Position numbers and translations under genes: made by a program. Below are positions 49,338 through 57,712 of a DNA stretch of 64,000 nucleotides, piece by piece; positions within the stretch are counted from its first letter, which is position 1; every line of letters starts with the position of its first letter. The notes under the pieces are model-generated. The model was given only the letters and a program-made list of their open reading frames with translations. It was not told the DNA's origin and searched no databases. Source of the DNA: Spirochaetia bacterium (GTDB lineage Bacteria > Spirochaetota > Spirochaetia > UBA9216); the NCBI GenBank assembly GCA_963677925.2, contig CAXXYH010000004.1, positions 512,001-576,000 on the forward strand. Direction: 5' to 3'.

Positions 49338-49396
49338 ACCAACAATTGTTTATAAAAAAGGAAAATTCTGCTTGCGTTAAACAAACAAACGTTGGT
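49338..49396. promoter_or_regulatory. Two inverted copies of ACCAACRWTTGTT, candidate TetR operators
   Basis: ACCAACAATTGTT at 49338-49350 and AACAAACGTTGGT at 49384-49396, between the divergent tetR and hydrolase genes. Confidence 0.55.
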
Positions 49397-49429
49397 ATAT
49401 TAAATAAAAAGAAAGCGGAGGACTATTAG

Positions 49430-50401
49430 ATGAGCAGGATTGGAAAAATAATCACTATGGCAGGGGGAGTAATAATACTTATGGGATGTGCTAGTAATTC
49501 CGTTAAACCGGAGACAGCAGGACTGTACAAGTCAAAGGCTTCAAAGGAAATTGCCTACAGCAGCTATGACAGGGCAATGAAATTATGGGGTATTGAGTAT
49601 TCCGAAGAATGGGTTTCTACTGAGCATGGTAAAACACATGTAATTATATCCGGACCGGAGAACGGTAGACCCGTATTTCTTATTCCGGGGCTATGGGGAG
49701 ATGCTTCCATGTGGTATCCAAATGCAGGAGCCCTGTCAGAGAAATTCAGGGTATACACTTTAGATATGATAAATTATGCCGGAAAGAGTGAACCGTCAGA
49801 CAGGAAGATTTCAAATATCAAAGATTATTGTACCTGGTATGCCGGTCTGCTTCAGCATTTTAATTATGAAGAAGCATCAATTGTCGGTGTTTCATACAGC
49901 AGCTGGCTGGCTCTTGCAATGGCAAGAGAAATTCCGGATTCAATAACAGCACTAGCCTTATTGGATCCCGCTTCAACCTTCATAAAAATGGATGGCGGAA
50001 TTGCCTGGAAAGGTTTTTGGGCTTTTGGATTTTTTCCGAACAGGGATAAATACAGAGATTTCTTCAGATGGATTGGAGGCGGCTATTCTGACAGGAACTC
50101 AAGTGTCTGGGAAGAGCATATGTTTGATATAGTTGAACATGGTGCTGTCGGAATGTTTGATATTCCCCAGCCTGAAATATATAAATCAGAAGATCTTGAA
50201 ATGATTGATATGCCTGTCCTTCTTATGGTGGGAGGAAAACCCATTTTATATAAAGAACCTGCGAAATTTTTAAAAGCGGCTAAGGAGGCTCTGCCTCTTG
50301 CTGAGGTGGATCTGATAGAAAATACCGGGCATGGACTTAACATGGAGAAGGCTGAGTATGTCAATAAACGTATTTATGATTTTATTTCAGAAACCGAATG
50401 A
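49430..50401 (+). CDS. Alpha/beta hydrolase, probable lipoprotein
   Basis: LMGC lipobox, FRVYTLD...GKS, GVSYSS nucleophile elbow and NTGHG. Confidence 0.85.
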   Translation: MSRIGKIITMAGGVIILMGCASNSVKPETAGLYKSKASKEIAYSSYDRAMKLWGIEYSEEWVSTEHGKTHVIISGPENGRPVFLIPGLWGDASMWYPNAGALSEKFRVYTLDMINYAGKSEPSDRKISNIKDYCTWYAGLLQHFNYEEASIVGVSYSSWLALAMAREIPDSITALALLDPASTFIKMDGGIAWKGFWAFGFFPNRDKYRDFFRWIGGGYSDRNSSVWEEHMFDIVEHGAVGMFDIPQPEIYKSEDLEMIDMPVLLMVGGKPILYKEPAKFLKAAKEALPLAEVDLIENTGHGLNMEKAEYVNKRIYDFISETE

Positions 50402-50416
50402 AGGAGGGGATACGGG

Positions 50417-50944
50417 ATGAAGACATTAATTATCAGCTATTCATATACCGGAAATAATAAAGTTCTGGCTGAAGAGACTGCAAATATATTAAATGCGGAT
50501 CTATTTATATTAGAAGAAAATAAGCAGAGAACAATTAAGAAAATTGTACTTGATATGATTCTGCACCGGTATCCTGGAATTAAAAAATGTCCTGACAAAA
50601 TCTATGAATATGATTTAGTGATTTTTTTCAGTCCTGTATGGATGTTTGGAATATCATCGCCGGTACGGACATGCATGAAAGAAATACGAAGGCAAATAAA
50701 ACGATACGCTTTTGTTTCTTTAAGCGGGGGTGCTCTAGGACCGAATACAGGTATTTCCAGAGAACTTGTTAGAAGACTTGGGAAAAACCAGGCTTTTCTT
50801 CTTGATTTTAATATTTCAAACTTCCTGGCAGACTTGGAGGCTCAGGATGTTAAAACAACTTCAAGTGTACTTCTAAACAAAAAATCCAATGAACTGGATA
50901 GCCTGACATCTATCATTTCACAGACAGTAAAATCTTTAAATTAA
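50417..50944 (+). CDS. Flavodoxin-like protein
   Basis: YSYTGNNKVLAE and YDLVIFFSPVW. Confidence 0.8.
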   Translation: MKTLIISYSYTGNNKVLAEETANILNADLFILEENKQRTIKKIVLDMILHRYPGIKKCPDKIYEYDLVIFFSPVWMFGISSPVRTCMKEIRRQIKRYAFVSLSGGALGPNTGISRELVRRLGKNQAFLLDFNISNFLADLEAQDVKTTSSVLLNKKSNELDSLTSIISQTVKSLN

Positions 50945-50951
50945 TTATCTA

Positions 50952-50982
50952 ACCCCCTTATTTCTATACTGATTAAGGGGGT
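50952..50982 (+). terminator. Hairpin after the flavodoxin gene
   Basis: ACCCCCTTA / TAAGGGGGT inverted repeat. Confidence 0.6.
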
Positions 50983-51078
50983 AATTTCCTGTCCATAATT
51001 TCTTAAAAACCATCTCCGGACTTGAAAACTGCTTCTCAGCTGATATTATGAAAAGAAAGACAGTCAAGGTGGATAAAG

Positions 51079-52452
51079 ATGGAAGAAATTCGTGAATATC
51101 TTAATGTCAGCAAAGAAAAAATCTTAGAGGAATATTTCAGATTGCTTAAGATTCCCTCGGTAAGTCCGGGGGGCTTGTTTTCTGATGAATGCCGCGCGGC
51201 CGCGGAACTTCTGTGCGGATACCTGAAGGATGCCGGTGCGGAGAAGTCGGAATTAATAGAAACCGCCGCGAATCCGCTTGTTTTCGGAGAGAAGATACTT
51301 TCTGCTGATTTACCTACTGTCCTTGTTTACGGTCATTATGATGTTATGCCTGCGTCAGCAGATGAAGGATGGCAATCGGATCCATTCTCACCTCAGCTGA
51401 AGGGTGGGGACGTCTTTGCCAGAGGAGCACAGGATAACAAGGGGCAGCTTTTTATTCTGCTTAAGGCTTTTGAGTATCTTGAAACTTTTAATCAGCTGCC
51501 CTGCAACATTAAGTTCATATTTGAAGGAAATGAAGAAACCGGATCATTGCCTTTTCAGAAGGTTCTGGAAACTGAGAAGCTTAAGGAAAAACTAAAGGCG
51601 GATATTGTACTGATCAGTGATACAGATCTGGTTGATTCCGAGACCCCTTCAGTTGTAACCGGCTTAAGAGGGGCTGCTATATGGGATATAGATGTGACTG
51701 GACCTTCCTCGGATCTTCATTCCGGGATATACGGAGGGGCTGTTGTTAATCCGTTAAATGAGCTTGTACGCGTGCTGGGTCTGCTTCATGACGAAAAGGG
51801 ACGTGTGACTCTGCCCGGATTCTATGATGATGTAAAAGAATACAGCGGGAAAGAACGCGCGGAATTTGAACTTCAGCCTTTTAATGAGAATGAAATCCTG
51901 AAATTTGCAGGCGTTGAAATGCTGGACGGCGAAACCGGTTTTTCTCCGCTTGAAAGAACAACTGTCCGTCCGACTCTTGAGTTTACAGGAGTTTCAGGAG
52001 GATACACAGGCGATGGGTTTAAGGCTATTATTCCTGCAAGTACTCATGCAAAGATTTTTGCAAGGCTGGTTCCGAATCAGAACCCTGAAATGATAATCGA
52101 TATGCTTGAACCCTATCTTAAATCTAAAATTAATCCTGCTGTCAGGCTTACGGTTACGGCCGGTCCCAGAGTGAGTGCCTTTTCAAGTGATACAGAGAAT
52201 AAATTTTACCGTGCCTATGCTAAAGCCTGTATAAAGACTTTTGGAAAAAGTCCTGTAAAGATTAGAATGGGCGGAAGTATCGGAATCGTTCCTGCTTTTA
52301 AAGAATATCTTGGAATAGAATCGCTATTAATCGGTTTCGGTCTTGGAAGCGATAATATACACGGTCCAAATGAACATTTCAGTTTAGAACGAATTTGGAA
52401 GGGGATAGAGACAGTGATTATATTTTTTAAAAGCATAGAGAAAGGTAAATAG
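51079..52452 (+). CDS. M20 family dipeptidase
   Basis: YGHYDV, ARGAQDNKG, EGNEETGS, DLHSG and IHGPNE. Confidence 0.93.
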   Translation: MEEIREYLNVSKEKILEEYFRLLKIPSVSPGGLFSDECRAAAELLCGYLKDAGAEKSELIETAANPLVFGEKILSADLPTVLVYGHYDVMPASADEGWQSDPFSPQLKGGDVFARGAQDNKGQLFILLKAFEYLETFNQLPCNIKFIFEGNEETGSLPFQKVLETEKLKEKLKADIVLISDTDLVDSETPSVVTGLRGAAIWDIDVTGPSSDLHSGIYGGAVVNPLNELVRVLGLLHDEKGRVTLPGFYDDVKEYSGKERAEFELQPFNENEILKFAGVEMLDGETGFSPLERTTVRPTLEFTGVSGGYTGDGFKAIIPASTHAKIFARLVPNQNPEMIIDMLEPYLKSKINPAVRLTVTAGPRVSAFSSDTENKFYRAYAKACIKTFGKSPVKIRMGGSIGIVPAFKEYLGIESLLIGFGLGSDNIHGPNEHFSLERIWKGIETVIIFFKSIEKGK

Positions 52453-52453
52453 T

Positions 52454-52684
52454 TTATAATTCTGTATCTGTAACCAGCTCCGCCTCATAACCTATTTTAT
52501 TTACAAGACCTTTAAGTTCGCTTTCAATATATGAGCAGTCATCTTCGTAGGTCAGGTTTATACTGTGTGAGGCTATGTCAACTTCAATTTCCTTTACGCC
52601 TTTAATGTGTCTGCCGGCGTGTTCAATAGCTCTTTTACAGCTTACACATCCGGCATGTCCAAGATCAAAAACTGCTTTTCGCAT
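52454..52684 (-). CDS. Heavy-metal-associated (HMA) domain protein
   Basis: GCVSCKRAIE...GVKEIEVDI...IGYEA; 76 aa. Confidence 0.85.
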   Translation of the reverse strand: MRKAVFDLGHAGCVSCKRAIEHAGRHIKGVKEIEVDIASHSINLTYEDDCSYIESELKGLVNKIGYEAELVTDTEL

Positions 52685-52696
52685 TGTTAAATACCT

Positions 52697-53713
52697 TTAG
52701 AAAATTTTATCCGCCAGTGATTTGCTTTTCTGCATCAGCATCTTCACATAACCGCTTCGTTTGTATGCCCAGTGTTTTTCCGCTCCCAGATTTTCGCGGG
52801 CCATTCGTCCTTTAAAATCCTCTATTGATGAGTAAGACTTGCTGTCCATCCATTTTTCAATACCTGAAAGCATCTCCCCGATATGATTTATTCCGTTTTT
52901 ATAGAGGCTGGTGACAATCTGAACAGCACCTGCTCCTGCCAGCAGCATCCTGATAACATCGTCATAATCCATTACTCCGGTACTTGAGCAGATATCTCCT
53001 TTAAGATTGGCTGAAAGAAGCCCTGTATATCTGAGCGGGAGGCGGTTGTCATCTTTAGTGCTGAAATTAAAGGGGAAGGTAAACTCCTCGTTTTCTATAT
53101 TGATATTAGACTGGAAAAACCGGTTGAATAACACAAATCCGTTAATACCCATGTTATCAAGTTCTTTGATGAATTTTGCCGTGTTTGTGTAATAAGGGCT
53201 TAATTTTACAGCTATTGGAAGATCCACTGCCTTTCGTATTTTTTTAAGTATCTCCAGCTGCTGCAGTTCAATATCAGTGGCAGATGTCAGCTCATAGGAT
53301 GAGGAGTTGTAAAAATTAAGCTCCAGGCCGTCAACTCCGGTGTTTTCAATCATGCGCGAGTACTCAAGCCAAATTTCACTGTTAACTGCATTGAGGCTTG
53401 CAATTACGGGTATCCCGATTTCCTGTTTTGTTTTTTTTACCCAGTACAGGTGGTATTCAGGACCAATGTCTTTGATGTCAGGAAAGGTTGTTACCATTTC
53501 TGCATGGATATCGTCGTATTTATGAAGCTCCTTGTTCTGCTCCATTGCCTCAAGTGCTATCTCTTCTTCAAAAAGTGATTTGCATACTATTGCACCGGCG
53601 CCTGCGGCTTCAATTCTTTTTATAGTTTCAAGATTTGAAGTAAGTCCTGATGCTCCGGCAATTATGGGGTTTTTCAGTTCTATATTCATGTAGGAGGTTT
53701 TTAAATCGGCCAT
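52697..53713 (-). CDS. Dihydroorotate dehydrogenase-like flavoprotein
   Basis: LKNPIIAGAS, GAGAIVCKSLFEE, PVIASLN, VKLSPYY and VLFNRF. Lacks the SCPN catalytic loop of true PyrD. Confidence 0.88.
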   Translation of the reverse strand: MADLKTSYMNIELKNPIIAGASGLTSNLETIKRIEAAGAGAIVCKSLFEEEIALEAMEQNKELHKYDDIHAEMVTTFPDIKDIGPEYHLYWVKKTKQEIGIPVIASLNAVNSEIWLEYSRMIENTGVDGLELNFYNSSSYELTSATDIELQQLEILKKIRKAVDLPIAVKLSPYYTNTAKFIKELDNMGINGFVLFNRFFQSNINIENEEFTFPFNFSTKDDNRLPLRYTGLLSANLKGDICSSTGVMDYDDVIRMLLAGAGAVQIVTSLYKNGINHIGEMLSGIEKWMDSKSYSSIEDFKGRMARENLGAEKHWAYKRSGYVKMLMQKSKSLADKIF

Positions 53714-53908
53714 ATATTTTCTCCTTAATACTTTATGTATATTAAATATAACCAATTTAGTTATATATTCCAAATTTTACAGATATCTATTTTATGAACC
53801 GGGATCGACCCCGACGTTCAGTATTATTACTGCCGACTTATTTTATTGTTGGTGAAAAATAAGAACTGTATTAAAATCTTAGATATTTTTAGAACAGCAG
53901 AGATTAAA

Positions 53909-54361
53909 ATGAATATAGATGAAGTGAATAAAAGTGTAAAAAAACTGATCGAAAAACAGTACTCATGCAGCCAGATTACGCTTGGTGTTCTCTCCGGGGA
54001 AATAGGAATGGATATTGATAAGGCAATGAGGATTGCCTCATGTTTCGGCGGGGGGATGGGCCGCGGTGATACCTGCGGAGCTGTCTCCGGAGCTCTGATG
54101 GCGATAGGCTTTCTGTCAGGCGGTACACCTGAAGAAAAAGAAGTTAATCACGAGCGTACCTCCGAATTTGTAAATGCTTTTATTGAAAGGACAGGAAGCT
54201 GCTACTGCAGGGATCACCTTGGCTTTGATTTGTCCACTCCGGAGGGAGGGGAGATGATGCAGAGCCTTCATGAAGCCGGAACACCGCCGGAAATTTGTGA
54301 AACACTGATGAATACAGTAGTAGAGATGGTGCTTGAAAGGCTTGAAAGCTTCAGGCGCTGA
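53909..54361 (+). CDS. C-GCAxxG-C-C family putative redox protein
   Basis: SCSQ, FGGGMG, TCGAVSGA, CYCRD and a C-terminal Cys. Confidence 0.88.
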   Translation: MNIDEVNKSVKKLIEKQYSCSQITLGVLSGEIGMDIDKAMRIASCFGGGMGRGDTCGAVSGALMAIGFLSGGTPEEKEVNHERTSEFVNAFIERTGSCYCRDHLGFDLSTPEGGEMMQSLHEAGTPPEICETLMNTVVEMVLERLESFRR

Positions 54362-54364
54362 TTA

Positions 54365-54958
54365 TCAGACCCCGGGTTTATAAACCATCAGTACAAAAAC
54401 AATCACCAGCGGAATTACTCCCGCAAGTGAAATTTTAAGCCGCATCCGCAGAAGCCTCATCAGTTCATCTGGTATTGTTTCCGCTTCAGCCGGAATTCCG
54501 GCTGTAAGCTCCTTTATTTTATATTGGGTGGGAATATCGCTTATTACCCAGATTGCCCCTGAAAGCAGGAATAGAATGAAAGCAGTCAGAAGCCATCCGA
54601 TTTTCCAGATATCACCTATTATCAGGGTCAGTATTATTCCACTGGTAATACCTATTATCAGCATTGGCGTAGAGAAGCGTGCATCAAGCCAGGCCACAGT
54701 CCTGTAGGTGTGAAGGATAACGTCCTTGCGGCCGGAATTAAGGCTCCGGTATTCCCATAGCGTTCCGACTACTGCATTAGCGAAAAAGAGTGTTACCGAA
54801 ATAATATGAAGAAACAGGACATGCGGATAAAGACCTGACTTACCAAGCAGCGCCCTTATTTCACTGTAGAAAATAATACCGGTGACAGCCAGGGCCGCCA
54901 TTATAATGATAAAAAGAATTAGAATGAGTTTTGAGTTTTTGTCAGTCTTATCTGTCAT
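54365..54958 (-). CDS. DUF2269-like membrane protein
   Basis: LHIIS...WLDARF...LMVYKP ending; start overlaps the acnA stop. Confidence 0.75.
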   Translation of the reverse strand: MTDKTDKNSKLILILFIIIMAALAVTGIIFYSEIRALLGKSGLYPHVLFLHIISVTLFFANAVVGTLWEYRSLNSGRKDVILHTYRTVAWLDARFSTPMLIIGITSGIILTLIIGDIWKIGWLLTAFILFLLSGAIWVISDIPTQYKIKELTAGIPAEAETIPDELMRLLRMRLKISLAGVIPLVIVFVLMVYKPGV

Positions 54959-57624
54959 TAATTTGTTCCATTCATATCAAGCAGAACTTTCTGCAGAATT
55001 CCGCCGCAAAGGTAGTATTCAATTTCCGCAAGGCTGTCCAGCCGGACTTTTATATTAAATGATTTCTCAGTTCCGTCAGCGGAGACGGCTCTTATACCGA
55101 TACATTCACCAGGGCCGAATCCTTCCGGCAGTCCGTCGATTTCATAGGTTTCAAGGCCGGTCAGCCCCAGAACTTCAGCAGATTCTCCGTTAACAAATTC
55201 AAGCGGAAGGACTCCCATTCCTACAAGGTTGCTTCTGTGAATCCTTTCGTAGCTTTGAGCTAATACTGCCTTAACACCAAGGAGGTTTGTTCCCTTGGCC
55301 GCCCAGTCCCTGGAGCTTCCGGTTCCGTATTCCTTTCCGGCAATGACTATCAGCGGAATCTCTGCGTTTTTATATGCTGCTGCCGCATCAAAAACCGATT
55401 CCGTATTTCCGTTAAGCTGATTAAGCGTGTAGCCGCCCTCTTTATCAGTCAGTTTATTCCGTATCCTGACATTGGCGAATGTTCCGCGCATCATTACCTC
55501 ATGGTTGCCGCGGCGGCTGCCGTATGAATTGAAATCACCCACAGCAACTCCGGCGGATGTCAGGTAAATGCCCGCAGGGCTTCCGGCGCCAATGCTTCCT
55601 GCAGGGGATATATGATCGGTAGTAATGGAATCGCCGAGAAACAGCAGCGCCTTTGCACCTTTGACAGGTGCGATTGACTCTTTCCGCTCTAAATCCACGA
55701 AGAAGTCAGGTTCCCTGATATATGTGGAGTCTTCCTCCCACTGATAGCAGGAGCTGCCGGCTGATTCTATCGCATTCCATACAGGATTATTGTCGAATAC
55801 TACGGCATATTGCTTCGTAAAGATTTCTTTCGTTACAGACTTTGAAATTAAATCCTGAATATCAACAGAGTCCGGCCAGATATCTTTAAGATATACAGGC
55901 TTTCCTGAGCTGCCGGTGCCCAGCGGATCCTTCTCAAAATCGATGTCTATTCTTCCGGCCAGGGCATATGCGACCACAAGCATCGGGGAAGCAAGATAAT
56001 TAGCCTTTATTTTACTGTGAATACGGCCTTCAAAATTCCTGTTCCCGCTGAGTACTGAAGCGGCTACAAGATCCTCTTTTTCTATCTCATCCTCGAACTC
56101 AGGTTTCAGCGGGCCGCTGTTGCCGATGCATGTAGCGCACCCGTATCCTGCAATATAAAAGCCCAGAGTTTCCAGAGCTTCAAGAACCCCGGAATTTTTC
56201 AGATACTCGGTAACAACCATTGAGCCGGGAGTCAGAGAGGTTTTTACGTAATCAGGGACGGTAAGGCCTTTCTCAACCGCCTTCCTGGCCAGAAGTCCCG
56301 CGCCTATCATCACAAATGGATTTGAAGTATTAGTGCAGCTTGTAATTGCTGCAAGAACAACGGAGCCATGGCGGAGCTTTCCGACCTTCTTTGCTGCTGC
56401 ATCAATTGTTTTTCCATACCCCCCGTCTTTTACCGGCTTCACCAGTTCTGATAAAAAGGCTTCTGAAACTGCTTCCAGATCAAGTCTGTCCTGCGGTCGC
56501 TTCGGGCCGGCCAGAGACGCTTTTACCGTGGATAGATCGAGATCAATTGTACGGCTGTAAACACCGGGATTGTCCTCGATGCCGAAAAGTCCCTGAGTGC
56601 TCAGGTATGCCCTGACAACATCAAGGTGTTTTTCATCACGGCCGGTCATTTTCAGGTAGTCGAGAGTAACATCGTCAACGCCGAAATATCCCATAGTCGC
56701 TCCGTATTCCGGCGACATGTTTGAGACAGTTGCGCGGTCGGGAAGGCTGAGGGTTTTAATTCCGTCCCCGAAGAACTCAACAAACTTACCTACTACCTTA
56801 TGCTCGCGCAGAAGCTGAGTAACCCTTAAGGCGAGGTCGGTTGCTGTTACTCCCTCCTTCAGTTTTCCTGAAAGATTTACGCCTACTACTTCGGGCATAA
56901 CCATATAGACCGGCTGTCCAAGCATTCCTGCTTCAGCCTCAATTCCACCGACGCCCCATCCTACAACCCCGATTCCGTTAATCATGGTTGTATGTGAGTC
57001 GGTCCCTATCAGGGTATCAGGGTAGAGAAGGCCCTTATCTTCGGTAACTACTGTAGCAAGGTATTCAAGGTTTACCTGATGAATAATTCCGGTGGCGGGC
57101 GGAACGGTCCGGAAATTCTGAAGCGACTCCCTGGCCCACTTCAGGAATCTGTAGCGTTCCCCGTTCCGATCAAACTCTTTATTCATATTAATTTTCAGGC
57201 TTTCAGGTTTTCCGTAATCATCAACCATAACAGAATGATCGACTATGAGGTCCACAGGAACCTTCGGGTTTATCAGCTCAGGATTAAGCCCCATTGACCT
57301 GACCGCCTCACGCATTGCCGCAAGATCAACAACCGCCGGCACTCCGGTAAAATCCTGCATGACAATTCTTGACGGAACAAAGGGTATTTCACCCTCCGCG
57401 GCCTTTGTTCCGTACTGAGGAAACCTGAGCAGATGCTGAGGTTCAATAAGTGTCCCGTCGAAGTTTCTGATTGCTCCCTCAAGCAGGATCTTGATAGTCC
57501 GGGGAATCTCAGCCTGACTGTTAAATCGGGTTAGAAATTTGTTTATGCTGTAATAGCGGTATGTCTTATCTGAAACAGTAATTTCTGAAAGGTAGTCGTC
57601 TTTTAATATTTTTTCATCGTTCAT
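54958..57624 (-). CDS. acnA: Aconitate hydratase A
   Basis: MQDFTGVPAVVDLAAMR, DHSV, GTDSHT, ITSCTNTSNP, GYGCATCIGNSG, TTDHISPAG and GSSRDWAAKG. Confidence 0.97.
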   Translation of the reverse strand: MNDEKILKDDYLSEITVSDKTYRYYSINKFLTRFNSQAEIPRTIKILLEGAIRNFDGTLIEPQHLLRFPQYGTKAAEGEIPFVPSRIVMQDFTGVPAVVDLAAMREAVRSMGLNPELINPKVPVDLIVDHSVMVDDYGKPESLKINMNKEFDRNGERYRFLKWARESLQNFRTVPPATGIIHQVNLEYLATVVTEDKGLLYPDTLIGTDSHTTMINGIGVVGWGVGGIEAEAGMLGQPVYMVMPEVVGVNLSGKLKEGVTATDLALRVTQLLREHKVVGKFVEFFGDGIKTLSLPDRATVSNMSPEYGATMGYFGVDDVTLDYLKMTGRDEKHLDVVRAYLSTQGLFGIEDNPGVYSRTIDLDLSTVKASLAGPKRPQDRLDLEAVSEAFLSELVKPVKDGGYGKTIDAAAKKVGKLRHGSVVLAAITSCTNTSNPFVMIGAGLLARKAVEKGLTVPDYVKTSLTPGSMVVTEYLKNSGVLEALETLGFYIAGYGCATCIGNSGPLKPEFEDEIEKEDLVAASVLSGNRNFEGRIHSKIKANYLASPMLVVAYALAGRIDIDFEKDPLGTGSSGKPVYLKDIWPDSVDIQDLISKSVTKEIFTKQYAVVFDNNPVWNAIESAGSSCYQWEEDSTYIREPDFFVDLERKESIAPVKGAKALLFLGDSITTDHISPAGSIGAGSPAGIYLTSAGVAVGDFNSYGSRRGNHEVMMRGTFANVRIRNKLTDKEGGYTLNQLNGNTESVFDAAAAYKNAEIPLIVIAGKEYGTGSSRDWAAKGTNLLGVKAVLAQSYERIHRSNLVGMGVLPLEFVNGESAEVLGLTGLETYEIDGLPEGFGPGECIGIRAVSADGTEKSFNIKVRLDSLAEIEYYLCGGILQKVLLDMNGTN

Positions 57625-57659
57625 AGATAAAGGTTAGTCAAAGAGTCTGGGTCTGTCAA
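57625..57659 (-). promoter_or_regulatory. sigma70 promoter of acnA, apparently leaderless
   Basis: TTGACA-17-TAACCT-6nt-ATG; no SD sequence. Confidence 0.6.
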
Positions 57660-57666
57660 ATGGAAT

Positions 57667-57684
57667 CCCCGGAAAAATCCGGGG
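57667..57684 (-). terminator. Hairpin downstream of the lipoprotein cluster
   Basis: CCCCGGA-AAAA-TCCGGGG. Confidence 0.55.
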
Positions 57685-57712
57685 TAATTCAGGTATTATA
57701 TTTAAAAAATTA

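Noticed and set aside
53794-53820. GC-rich hairpin TGAACCGGGATCGACCCCGACGTTCA (REP-like)
   Set aside because: Single imperfect copy with no associated transposase; cannot be supported.
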